A DNA stretch of 64,000 nucleotides from an uncultured Armatimonadia bacterium (GTDB lineage: Bacteria; Armatimonadota; Zipacnadia; CAVVLO01). Position numbers and translations under genes: made by a program. Positions within the stretch are counted from its first letter, which is position 1. Each line of letters opens with the position of its first letter. Positions 30,957 to 41,440 of this stretch are shown here, piece after piece. The stretch lies in assembly GCA_963749155.1 (NCBI GenBank), contig CAVVLO010000003.1, forward strand, positions 160,001-224,000. The letters are read 5' to 3'. The notes under the pieces were generated by a model. It worked only from the letters and a program-made list of their open reading frames with translations, was not told the DNA's origin and did no database searches.

Positions 30957-31403
30957 CTAGCCTGGTTCTTCCTCGATGGCTTGTTCGATCTTCCGGTTGC
31001 CGAGATACCCAACCAGCGCGGCAAGTGCGGCTAGCAGCGTGCAGAGGGTGAATACGATGACTGCTTTGCCGAGCAGGAACTCCGTCGACTCTCCCCAGTA
31101 TTTGAGGGTGGTGAAAGCCAGGCCGATAATCAGAAACGCCAGGTAGCCTGCAAACAGCTTCCCGAAGGAGAGGCGCCCGAAGGTTACCCCGCCGAAATAC
31201 AGCAAGAGGGCGATGAAGACCAACACATTGCCCGTCAGCAGTGCCGCGATATCCTCGAACTGCTCTGGCGTCTGGTGCAACACAAACTGACGGTAGAGGA
31301 CATCTCCCAGCAGGAAGTAGATTGTAACCAGGTAGAGGAGCGCGCAGATGCGCCCCAGAATCGTCTGGCTCCGCTCGTCCAGTCCAAACCTCTTATTGGC
31401 CAT
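30957..31403 (-). CDS. Four-TM membrane protein (DUF6773-like), coupled to the XRE regulator
   Basis: N-terminal DER motif followed by four hydrophobic helices; overlaps the end of the HTH gene. Confidence 0.75.
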   Translation of the reverse strand: MANKRFGLDERSQTILGRICALLYLVTIYFLLGDVLYRQFVLHQTPEQFEDIAALLTGNVLVFIALLLYFGGVTFGRLSFGKLFAGYLAFLIIGLAFTTLKYWGESTEFLLGKAVIVFTLCTLLAALAALVGYLGNRKIEQAIEEEPG

Positions 31404-31611
31404 CTTTGCCATCCTCCCAGAAAAGCTGATCCAGTGTCATCTCGAGCGCCCGCGCAATCTTGACGCACAGGTTGAGCGTTGGGTTGTAATTGCCGCTTTC
31501 TATAAGCCCAATCGTCTGGCGAGTTACCTCAACGCGGTCGGCCAGGTCCTGTTGAGAAAGGCCATTTGCGATGCGCGCCAGTTTGAGCTTCATATTGCCA
31601 GTCGTTTTCAT
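31393..31611 (-). CDS. XRE/Cro-C1 helix-turn-helix regulator
   Basis: LKLARIANGLSQQDLADRVEVTRQTIGLIESGNYNPTL..LDQLFW; start at 31611 or 31593. Confidence 0.92.
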   Translation of the reverse strand: MKTTGNMKLKLARIANGLSQQDLADRVEVTRQTIGLIESGNYNPTLNLCVKIARALEMTLDQLFWEDGKDGQ

Positions 31612-31656
31612 CAGCAGATTCCAGAAATCGAGATGAGTTGGGAACTCTCTGCGATC

Positions 31657-31685
31657 AATGTACAGTATATATTGCATTGTGTCAA
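31657..31685 (-). promoter_or_regulatory. Sigma70 promoter of the XRE-membrane protein operon
   Basis: TTGACA-17 nt-TACATT; imperfect palindrome TGCAATATATACTGTACA overlaps it; ATAACCAGGTTAT at 31688-31700. Confidence 0.7.
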
Positions 31686-31821
31686 GTATAACCAGGTTAT
31701 TTGTTTTACTTATTTTCCAGTGAAGGCTTGGCAGAGGGGGATTCGCGAGGTGGCTGAAGGGCCAATCCTCCCTGTCATGCGGAAGAATCAGCCAAACGCC
31801 AGGAGGTGAGCAGCCAGAGGT

Positions 31822-33030
31822 TCAGTCGAGACTTAAGGCCTCGATTGAGATAATCGCAAGCTCCGCCGAGTTGTTGTTCCAGAAGGGGCGGGTACCGTCA
31901 GACTCCGCGCCGCGGCCGCCATCGTTGGAATAGCCGACATAGAGCTTGCCTTCATGCTCGATTGCGTACGGGTAGGCCAGGCGCGCTTGCGGGTGGGATT
32001 CCACAGTCCCTTCGTGCACCGCATCGCGGACCGAGAAGATACGCGAGAACTGCTCCTCCCCCGGATGGCTGAGAGCAATCGTCAGGGGAGAGCGCCTGTG
32101 GCCGGCGTCAGCCGCAGTAGTGGCTAGGAGATAGCGCTGGCCGGTGCTGAGCCGCCCCGCACAGGGCTTGGAGCCCGCCATCGGCAGGTTGCTCGGGGCA
32201 AGCGGCGTCCAGTTGCGCCCACCATCGGCGCTGGTCGAGACGAGTGCAAAAGCCTCGCCGCCCCAGCGCGAGATAAGCGTCAGTTTTCCCTCATCCGCGA
32301 TTACGGTGGACTCTCCCCAGACCTGCTCGACGCCCTCTGCAAGCGGGATGCGGACAACGTCCCAGTGCAGCAGGTCGTCGCCGTGACTTATCGCTACGGC
32401 GGGGGGATTGGCGCCGCCCAGGCTCGCGCCTGCCATCAGCCAGTTGCCCTCGGGAAGTCGCACCGGCTCGCAGCAAGGCCAGAAGCCCTCCTCCGCGACA
32501 GTGCCCAAGGACTGCCAGTCGCCGGTCTCATCGTCCAGCCGGAAGGCCACCGTATGAGTATTGGCATAGTCCTGCTCGAAGGCGCCCATAAAGGCCCAGA
32601 GCTGCCCCTCCGTCTCGAGGAAGACGCCGTGCGAGACGGCGACGCCGGCCTTCCCCGCCGCCATCGTCTTCACTGGCGACCAGGTGGCGCCCTCATCGTC
32701 GCTTACAGTCCAGCGCGCTTCCTCTGTGACGGTGTTCTCGCCGCCCTGGTTATGCCCGAAACTGGCATAAAGTCGCCCTTTATGGAAGGCCAGCGCCACT
32801 CCGTGGAGGAACCGGTAGCCGTCCACCTCGGGCTCGAAGCCTTTGATGAGGTGGAAGGTAGCTCCTACCACAGGCTGGATTTCAGCAGTTGCGGGGACAG
32901 GCAGCGAGGCCTGCCAGAGAGTCCGGGCAGAGGGCTCTCCCAGGGCGTCATCAGCCCAGCCGGGGTTTGTCCTGTGCAGCCTCGCGCAACAGGCTAGCGC
33001 TAGCAGTAAGAAGGCCAGAGTCCGGATCAT
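31822..33030 (-). CDS. Secreted exo-alpha-sialidase-like (BNR) protein
   Basis: Signal peptide; SDDEGATW, SADGGRNW, RSPL, AYPYA. Confidence 0.8.
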   Translation of the reverse strand: MIRTLAFLLLALACCARLHRTNPGWADDALGEPSARTLWQASLPVPATAEIQPVVGATFHLIKGFEPEVDGYRFLHGVALAFHKGRLYASFGHNQGGENTVTEEARWTVSDDEGATWSPVKTMAAGKAGVAVSHGVFLETEGQLWAFMGAFEQDYANTHTVAFRLDDETGDWQSLGTVAEEGFWPCCEPVRLPEGNWLMAGASLGGANPPAVAISHGDDLLHWDVVRIPLAEGVEQVWGESTVIADEGKLTLISRWGGEAFALVSTSADGGRNWTPLAPSNLPMAGSKPCAGRLSTGQRYLLATTAADAGHRRSPLTIALSHPGEEQFSRIFSVRDAVHEGTVESHPQARLAYPYAIEHEGKLYVGYSNDGGRGAESDGTRPFWNNNSAELAIISIEALSLD

Positions 33031-33078
33031 AAGGTTGCTCCTGCCAGGTTGAAACGGAATTCGCCTAATCTTTTCTCT

Positions 33079-34476
33079 TTAGTAAGCAAGTGAATAGAGC
33101 CGCATATCTCGGAAGTAGAGCTTCAATTGCACCTGAGTACCGGCTGCAGCCTCAGGCAGAAGCCGTTCTCCCCACCTCAAAGGCAGGTTTGTCGCCTCGC
33201 TTACCAGATACACAGCTTTCTCGCGCTCGAAGCCAGGGATAACCTGACCAGCCTCATCAAGCAGCTCTGCCATCAGATAGCCAGAACGAAAAGCGCCTTC
33301 CTCCTCCCTGCGTTCTGCCTCGAAACTGACCTCCAGCTCAAGAGGCCTTCCTGATAAAGTCAGGGTTTTGGTTGTCACCTCGGCATTGGCCCGGCTACAG
33401 GCATAAAACAGCCGCCGTCGGTCCAGCGAGTAGGAGTGGCCGCTTGCAACCCAGCGAAGCTCCTCCCCGACCTCGATTGGTGCGGGCAGATTATAGGTGA
33501 AGGCGCGCGGCATTCCTTCAAGCGCGGAACTATCGCGGAAAGGTCTTTCCCAGGCCAAGCCGTCCGAACTCACCCACCATTCACAGCCCAGGAAAGGCCC
33601 GTGGGGGAAAGGACTGCTAAGCGGCAAGGCTTTGGGTTGCGAGGCGTATTTCACCATAACGCCGGCCCAGAAATCTCCAAGGGAGAAAGCTCGAAAGGTG
33701 TAGAACTCGGTTTCAGGCGGGTCTAGTGCATCCGGCACAATCAGTTGGTCTTCAGGCAGATAAGGCCCTGAGGCGCCAAAACTGCCTCCAGGAGTCCAGA
33801 CAAGCCCGTCAGGACTGGTTCGGAGATGCAACACGCGTCGTATCTCGGGCATATTATCGGGGTAGCGTTTATCAGGCCAGAGCTGATAGGCCGTCTGGTA
33901 ATTCACGAACTGGCCCAGCTTCTCGTTCCAGACGAAGCCAAAGGCGTCCTGGCCTCGGTAAACGGGTTCGGAGCTGAGCTGCTTGACTTCGCCCCCAGCC
34001 AAAGGACAGCTAAAGACGTGAAAAGTATGGCCTTGATGCCAGGGCTCACCGACTGCGCAGAGGAGCAAAACTAGAGTCTCACCCTTCAGCGCAACATCAC
34101 CGTGCAACCATCTGGTAGTCGAAGGCGGCACTTCGAATAATTGGGTCGCATCAGTAAAGGTTATGCCATCGTTGGTGCTGGCGCGCCAGACTTGGGGAAG
34201 TGCCCCTGTCGCCCGGCGGATGCCATAAACAAGCGTGGTGTCAGCGAGGGGCAAAGTCCCACAGATGTTGAAACCAGGCCCGCAAGTAACAGCCCCCTTG
34301 CGAGGAGCTTCGGCCCCATACACGACCTGGCCATATTCGACTGTAAGCGCGCCAGGTGAGCCAAAAGTCAGGCGGCTGGTTGTTTTCGGGGAACTGGCAA
34401 CCTCCTCCGCTCTGGCAAACCACCCCAGTCCCAGGAGGCACCCAACCATTAACAAGGCCGACCAGTTGGTACTCAT
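33079..34476 (-). CDS. Secreted hypothetical protein, probable beta-propeller (GH32/43-like) with a C-terminal beta-sandwich
   Basis: Signal peptide; STNDGITF, SPDGLVW, SSDGLAW; C-terminal AELLD..G..IPGF..W..LYS. Confidence 0.65.
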   Translation of the reverse strand: MSTNWSALLMVGCLLGLGWFARAEEVASSPKTTSRLTFGSPGALTVEYGQVVYGAEAPRKGAVTCGPGFNICGTLPLADTTLVYGIRRATGALPQVWRASTNDGITFTDATQLFEVPPSTTRWLHGDVALKGETLVLLLCAVGEPWHQGHTFHVFSCPLAGGEVKQLSSEPVYRGQDAFGFVWNEKLGQFVNYQTAYQLWPDKRYPDNMPEIRRVLHLRTSPDGLVWTPGGSFGASGPYLPEDQLIVPDALDPPETEFYTFRAFSLGDFWAGVMVKYASQPKALPLSSPFPHGPFLGCEWWVSSDGLAWERPFRDSSALEGMPRAFTYNLPAPIEVGEELRWVASGHSYSLDRRRLFYACSRANAEVTTKTLTLSGRPLELEVSFEAERREEEGAFRSGYLMAELLDEAGQVIPGFEREKAVYLVSEATNLPLRWGERLLPEAAAGTQVQLKLYFRDMRLYSLAY

Positions 34477-34500
34477 ATGGATTTTTCCTCAGCTCAGTTA

Positions 34501-36085
34501 CTAGTGGTAGACGCGCCAGGCCGCCTGGGTATAGTCCCCTGAATCGCCATCCAGCGTGAGGGTGGCGGTGTCGCCGGAGACTTCCACCTGCGCATCGGCG
34601 GCCTTGGTCCATCCGCCAGTGACCATATCGAAGGAGCCGCGCTCGAAGTGGAAGCCTTCGAAACCACCGGACCTTGTGAGGCTCAGCGTTGTCGACCCTC
34701 CGAGCGTGGTCACGGTCAGGGCAAGCTCCTGTTCGCCAGTGCGGAAGACGACACCATAATCCTTGTCGCTGCTCGTCTGGCTGACTGCGAACTCCCCAAG
34801 CTGCGCTGATGATTCTGTCGCGGCATAGCCCCACCAGAACTTGCGGTCGGGGCCGGCGGACTTCAGCCGCGCGAGCCAGTAGTGCAGCGCCTTCAAGGGC
34901 CCCCAGGTAGTGCGCAACAAGGCCCTGTACGGCACATCCGGCTTGATGATGGACACCTGAGGCGGGTCCCAGTAGATGGCCCCGAGGCCCCCGTAATGCA
35001 GGATTGTATACCAGGGCGCTATCTCCAGATGAGGCACGCAAGGCCCCCAGCCAGTGGGGATGCCATCGGTGAACACAAAGTTGCCTGGGATGCATTCCGG
35101 CTTGAAATAGTCCATCTCCTTGCTGGTGAAAGTCTCGGCATCGCCCGTGTTGGTGACAGAAGGCACCATAAAATGGTTGGGCCGGTTTATAATCGCTTTG
35201 AAGGCGACGGGATCCTCGGCGTAGCGCCAGCCCGGGAAAAGGTTATGCGGGCACACCTGCGAGTAGGTGGGGAGGTCGAGATGCCTGGCGCCGGCCTCGA
35301 TCAGCGTCTTCACATAGCGCGCAAACTGGCCGGTCATAAAAGCCAGGTTGCTCTCGACGCCGGGCTTGTAGGCCGCGTTGCACCACTCGCACTGGCAGCG
35401 GACATCGCGCTCGGGCGTCCAGGTGGCCGGATTCAGGGCGCGCGCGTAGTTGATCTCTCCGCTTACACTGATGGCCACTACGTTATGATTGGTATCAACC
35501 TGGGCGATATGCTCGACAAGGCGCTCATAGGCGGCGCACTCGGCGGCCAGAGTGGCGGGGCAAGAGGGGCAATAGAGGCGGTCTTCTTCCACCCCATCAT
35601 CAACCCAGCCCTCCTTGTACCGCTTGTACTCGTCATAGTGGAAGCCCGTGATGCGCGTGTAGGTTTCCGGGTCATCGCGTACCCAGTCGGGCACGAAGAG
35701 CGGATCGCCCGCGGCGTAGTCAATGCCGACCCACATTGGGATGGCCTTCAGCCCGTGCTGCTCTGCAAGTGCCAGCACCTGGTCCACGAAACTGAAATCA
35801 TACTGGCCCAGACCTGCGCGTTCGACGTTCTTCCAGGTCACAGGAAAAGCCAGCACGTTGGCGTTGCAGTAGACGCTTGCCTCGCACTGCTGGCGGATGT
35901 AGTCCACGTTGCCAGCGTCCGCCGCCCAGGTGTCCGCGTCGATGCCGAAGAGGACATATTTGGCCTCGCCCACCTGCCAGACAGGCCCCCCGTCGTCATC
36001 AGAGCCGATGAAAGGCAGGTCGGCAGCCAGAGCCAGCCCACAGCCAGCTCAGACAGAACAGCAGCAGTAGAATCACAAAAGTCAT
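34501..36085 (-). CDS. Secreted GH35/GH42-like glycoside hydrolase; frameshift in the signal peptide at about 36048
   Basis: ATG 36085 after GGGAG gives MTFVILLLLFCLS, then shifts to AGCGLALAADLPFIG..; PVTWKNVE..GQYDFSFVD.VLALAEQHGLK, VPDWV. Confidence 0.7.
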
Positions 36086-36240
36086 ATGCCAACTCCCACT
36101 TTATCACCAGATGATTTGAAAAGTACCACGTGACGGGCCTCTTCCCTGCCCCCCGCCTGAAGGAACTGGCGATTGGACCGCCAACCTTGCTCTGATTATC
36201 CTGGACTGGTCACTCAATCTTCGGAAGGCGGAGGCACAGA

Positions 36241-37470
36241 GTGAAACTGCTTGGCGTAATTATCCTTCTGCTTGCTTGCTATGTAGTTGCCTTTGCTCAA
36301 CCAGCAACCTCCCCCTCAGGATTGAATGTCCGTGACTTTGGCGCTGTGGGCGATGGCGTGGCCGACGATACTGCAGCCTTCGAGCAGGCCCTCGCTGCGG
36401 CCGCCGAGTTGCCAACAGGTCGCGCTGTAAAAGTACCAGCAGGCCTCTACCGACTGACCCGCACCTTAACTCTGGACAGTGTATTGTTGATTGGCCTTGA
36501 GGCGGGCGGCTTTCCTGCCGATACCCAGCCCCTTCCCCACCTGGTGGTGGACGTGCCAGCTCCCGCGCCCTGCTTCATCGCGAAGACTGGCGCTTCGCTG
36601 CACGGCCTGGAGTTTGATTTTCTCTACACGACACCCGAGCGCGAGTTTGGTCCTGCTGTGAGGCTGGAAGGCGGCGGGGTGTCCCTTTCCAACCTGCTGC
36701 TGCACAACCCGACTTCAGGCATCGTGGCGGATGGCACTGTTAACTGTGGCCGGGTGAATCTCGAGAACCTCTTCATCGTCAACGCGCGCGATGTGGGAGT
36801 GCGGTTCGAGTATGCACTCGACGTCGTGACCTTCCGTAATGTCCACGTCTGGAATTACATGCCGGAGTTGGTCGGGACCTGCACTGGCTTCTTGATCGGT
36901 CACGTGGATGAGATCCGGATGTCGGACTGTTCTGTCGTACTGGCAAAAATCGGCTTCCATTTCGTCGAGACCGAATTGCCCGATGGCCGGACAGGGAGCG
37001 TCTGGGGCGGGATGGTCAACTGCACGGTGGATTCGAGTAACCTGGGCATCCAGGTAGACAGCGCCTCCGTGCTGCGCATCCAGGGCGGCAGCCTGTGGGC
37101 GCACGGCTACGGGCTTATCCTGAATGGTCCGGGCGACGTCATCGTCACCGGCGCAGACCTGCGAGCCAACGGAGCGCATAGCGTTGACGTCCGAGAGGCT
37201 GCCACCGGCACTCTGACAGTAACCGGCTGCCTGTTCAAGAAGAACGGCCCCAACTGGCCCGAGGCCGCCAAGCTGAACGTCAACGGCCCGGCCTCGGTGC
37301 TGGTGAGTGGTTGCCAGTTCGACGAGAACAGCCTGGGCGTGTATTTGGGCCCGAAGGCCAGGCGCATCAGCTTCACTGGTAACGTCTTCGCCACGTCGCT
37401 CCACCCGACGCTGGTGCATGAGATAAGCGCCGACTGTGCCCTGGTCATCGCCAACAACCTGGGGCTGTAG
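36241..37470 (+). CDS. Secreted beta-helix protein (pectate_lyase_3 / GH28-related)
   Basis: Signal peptide; NVRDFGAVGDGVADDTAAF, VPAGLY; RBS GGAGG. Confidence 0.85.
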   Translation: MKLLGVIILLLACYVVAFAQPATSPSGLNVRDFGAVGDGVADDTAAFEQALAAAAELPTGRAVKVPAGLYRLTRTLTLDSVLLIGLEAGGFPADTQPLPHLVVDVPAPAPCFIAKTGASLHGLEFDFLYTTPEREFGPAVRLEGGGVSLSNLLLHNPTSGIVADGTVNCGRVNLENLFIVNARDVGVRFEYALDVVTFRNVHVWNYMPELVGTCTGFLIGHVDEIRMSDCSVVLAKIGFHFVETELPDGRTGSVWGGMVNCTVDSSNLGIQVDSASVLRIQGGSLWAHGYGLILNGPGDVIVTGADLRANGAHSVDVREAATGTLTVTGCLFKKNGPNWPEAAKLNVNGPASVLVSGCQFDENSLGVYLGPKARRISFTGNVFATSLHPTLVHEISADCALVIANNLGL

Positions 37471-37512
37471 CAGTGCCCTGAGAGCAAGAGAAGCACGAAA
37501 GGAGAGTCTCTA

Positions 37513-40500
37513 ATGCAGACCTTTGCCTGGCTTATCGTACCGCTGATTCTCTGTCTTGCTTACGCCTCGGCCAATGCGGTGGGGCGAGAGGGCTTGCTGC
37601 TGGAATATCACTTCGATGGCAACCTCGACGATAGCTCCGGAGGTGGCCAGACAGGCACTCTGGCAGGCGCGGTTCAATATGGAGAGGGTAAAGAGGGCCA
37701 GGCCCTTGCCTTCGATGGGGCCAGCTATTTCGACTCCGGCCTGTTGCTGCCGGAGCTTGCCACCTTCACCGTCGAAGCCTGGGTGAAGCCAGCCGAGAAG
37801 CAGGGTGACTGGGCCAATATCCTCGGCAACCACGCCGGCGGCGGTGTCAGCGGGCTGGTGGTGCAGCAGTATGCCGACAAGACCAATGCCTTTACCTATG
37901 TCTTTGGCTCAACTACTGGGCGCTACTATGAAAGCGGTCCGGTGCAATTTGCCGCGGGCAAGTGGCAACATGTCGCCCTGGTGAAAGACGCCACCGAGCT
38001 GCGCGGCTATCTGAATGGCGTCCTCGTTATTGCTATGCCGGCCGAAGGCTCGATGGCGGTGAGCGATACGACCTTCCGGGTCGGCCTCGGCTTTCCCTAC
38101 CCCACGCGTTGCTTTACGGGCCTTGTGGATGAAGTGCGGGTGTGGGACAAGGCCCTCACGACCTTCGATGTGGCGCTGTCCGAGAGCGAACAGATGGCCC
38201 TTTTTGCCTCCTTCGCAGCAGACCATACCTGTCTAAAGGTAACCTGGCCAGGTGAAACCGGTCTGCTTACTACCGATGCACCCCGCGAACTTACCCTTTC
38301 GGCCGATGAGCGCTTTCTGCCTGCGGCAATCGACGAGGTAACAGTCACTTTGGAAGCGCGCGATTATGCGGGCACTCTGCTCGAAGCTTTGCCCTCGGTC
38401 ACGCTGGAACGCTCGAAAGCTTTCTCCGCGCCCCTCGTGATGCCAGCCAGGGCCGGCTTCTACTGCCTTACCGCACTGCCTCTTGCCCACGCTGACCAGG
38501 AAAGCGTCAAGCTGGGGTCCTTTGCTTTCACGTGCCTTGTGCAAAATCCAGCCAGCGCCTCCCGCGAGGCAGTACCGACCCCGATAACAACTAGAAGCCT
38601 CGATGGCGACGACTGGCTGCTTGCGACCGACCCAGACAACCTGGGGAAACAGGGCAACTGGCAGCTTGCTCCCCAGCCCGAGGCCGTTCGAGCCAGCGTG
38701 CCGTGGATCATCCAGGACCCCTTCCCCGGTTATCACGGGCTGGCCTGGTACTGGCGTTCCTTTACGCCGCCTGCCAATCCTTATGAGGGTGGGCGGACGC
38801 TGCTGCGCTTCGGGCAGGTGGATTATCTGGCTGAGGTTTGGCTGAACGGCGTCCCAATCGGCGGTCATGAGGGCGGCGAGACGCCCTTCGAGCTGGATGT
38901 CACCGACACCCTCAAGCCTGGCCAGGAGAACCTGCTGGCCGTGCGCGTCCTCAATCCAACCCATGACCGGATAGACGATATGGTGCTGGCGGAGACTCCG
39001 CATCGCTGCAAGGTGATGCCCTACAGCGCCGGCGCGGCTTACAACCACGGAGGCATAACCGGCTCGGTCGAACTCGTCCTCGCGCCGCCTGTCCGCCTTG
39101 CCGACCTGTATGTCCGGCCTTACGCTGACTCGGGCAAGGTGAGAGTTGCGTTTTACCATCCGCAACACGCGCAAGGAGGCCGTGCAGGCGCGTTTCAGCC
39201 TGGCTATCGCCCCTGATGCTGCCCCGTCAGGCCTCCCTTGCCAGCCGACAACTCTTGCGAAGACTCTAGCTCCGGGTGACAACGAAGTAGAAGTCTGGCT
39301 GAGCGTGGATTCGCCGCACCTGTGGAATCTCGACGACCCCTTCCTGTACCGGGCGAGTGTCCAGATGGACTGCGAGGGCAGCCCGGATGTAGCCTCCACG
39401 CGTTGCGGATTCAGAGATTTCCGGTTTGAGAAAGGCTATTTCAGGTTGAATGGCAAGCGCCTCTTCCTGAAGTCCGCCCACACGGTCAACCATTTCCCCG
39501 TCGGGCTGCAGTTTCCATATAAAGCCGACTACGACCGGATGGACCTCGTGAATGCCAAGGCGATGGGCTTCAATATGGTGCGGTTCATCTGCGGAGGCGC
39601 CACGCCCGAGCAACTTGACCTGTGCGATGAGCTTGGCCTGATGGTCTATGAGGAATCCTACGCCAGTTGGATTCCGATGGTGGACACGCCCAAGCTGGCT
39701 GAACGCTATGACCGGTCAGTCAGCGAGCTTATCTTGCGTGACCGCAACCACCCGAGCGTCGTGCTTTGGGGCCTGTTGAACGAAGTAAACGATGGCCCGC
39801 TGTTCCGTCACGCAGTCGCAACCCTGCCCCTTGTGCGCTACCTGGACGACAGCCGCCTGGTGATGCTGGACAGCGGCAGGTGGGACGCCCAGACTGACAT
39901 CGGCTCCTGTGCAAATCCGGATTCCCTGGTCTGGGCGCCTTCACTTGGGCTCGAAGGCCTTGGTCAGCCTGTAAAATCCCTTACCCCACCCGCTGGCTCG
40001 CTTGGCTATTTCTACAAGGCGGGTGACACGCATATCTACCTGAAGGTGCCGCAGACCGCCGAGTCAACGGCTTTCCTGCGGACAGTTGGGCATGACACCC
40101 AGCATGTCTTCCTCTCGGAATATGGCATCGGCAGCGCTGTGGACCTCTGGCGCGTGGTGCGGCACTATCGAGCAACTTGGCAGGACGGACGTCGAGGATG
40201 CCCAGTTCTACCGCGCGCGGCTGGATCAGTTCCTCTTCGACTGGGACCGCTGGCAGCTTGGCGAGTGTTTCGATGCGCCGGAGAGCTTCTTCGAGGCGAG
40301 TCTTGCCCGGATGGCCTCTCAGCGCACCCTCGGCCTCAACGCCATCCGGTCGAATCCGAGTCTCGTCGGCCACAATCTAACGGGGATGATAGACCATGTG
40401 ATGAGCGGCGAGGGCCTGACCAACGCCTTCCGCGAGCACAAGCCTGGCACGATTGACGCGATGTTTGAGGCCTGGGCGCCGCTGAGGCTGTGCCTGTTTG

Positions 40501-41438
40501 CCGAGCCGGTCAACCTCTACCCAGGTGATACTGTCGAACTCGAAGCCGTAGTCGCTAATGAAGACGCGCTGAAGCCAGGCGACTATCCGGTAAGGCTGCT
40601 GGTCATCGCGCCGGATGGCAGCAAAGCGCTGGACAAGACCGTCACGCTCACCATCCCGGAGCCCGGTGACGGCGAGGAGCTGCCCTTCGCGCTGCCTCTC
40701 TTCAAGGAGTCGCTGAAGCTGGCTGGGCCTTCGGGAAAGTGGCTGTTCCGCGCCTCTTTCCAGCAAGGCGCAGCCGCGTCAGGCGGGGTAACAGAGTTCT
40801 ATGTTACTGACCGCGCCCCCTTGCCGAAGGGAGAGGCGCAGGTGAGGCTGTTCGGGGACGATCCGGGCCTTTCGAGCTGGCTTGGCGAACACTCAATCGC
40901 TACCCAGCCCTGGGCCGCGGGCGAGTTGCCTGCCGGGAGTGTAATCCTGGTCGGGCAGGCTGTCCCCGCCGACCACGAGGCCGCCTTCACGGAGCTGAAG
41001 CGTCAGGTGGAGGCCGGCGCGCGGGTTATCTTCCTTTGCCCGGCAGTCTTTGCCGAAGGGAGCGACCCCAATCACTGGCAGCAGCTCTTCGCGCCTGGCT
41101 CGCAGTTCTCACTTGGCAGTTGGCTCTATCTGATGGATGCCTGGGGCAAGCGCCATCCGCTCTTCGAGGGGCTTCAGACTGGCGGTCTGCTGGACTATAC
41201 CTACTATAGGGAATTGATCCACGACACGGTTTTCAACTTCGCTACTCCCCCTCGAGAAGCCGTCGCAGGGGGTATCAACGCGGCGCTCAACTACGGCTCG
41301 GGGCTGCTGCTCTCGGTACACGAGGTGGGCGCTGGGAAGGCCCTGCTGACGACCTTGCTTGTCCGCGAGTATCTCGGTACCCACCCAGCTGCCGACCGCC
41401 TGCTGGTAAATATGATTGAGTACCTTTCAGCGCCGTAA
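37513..41438 (+). CDS. Secreted LamG-domain plus GH2 glycoside hydrolase; frameshifts at about 39152 and 40170
   Basis: LamG: FTVEAWV, WQHVA, GLVDEVRVW. GH2: LRFGQVDY.AEVWLNG, PHLWNLDDPFLY, CDELGLMV, RDRNHPSVVLWGLLNE, LSEYG. Confidence 0.85.
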
Positions 41439-41440
41439 GG

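Noticed and set aside
28838..30960. Complete diversity-generating retroelement
   Set aside because: No reverse transcriptase, avd or template repeat seen in the window, and no clear NNY codon bias in the putative variable regions.
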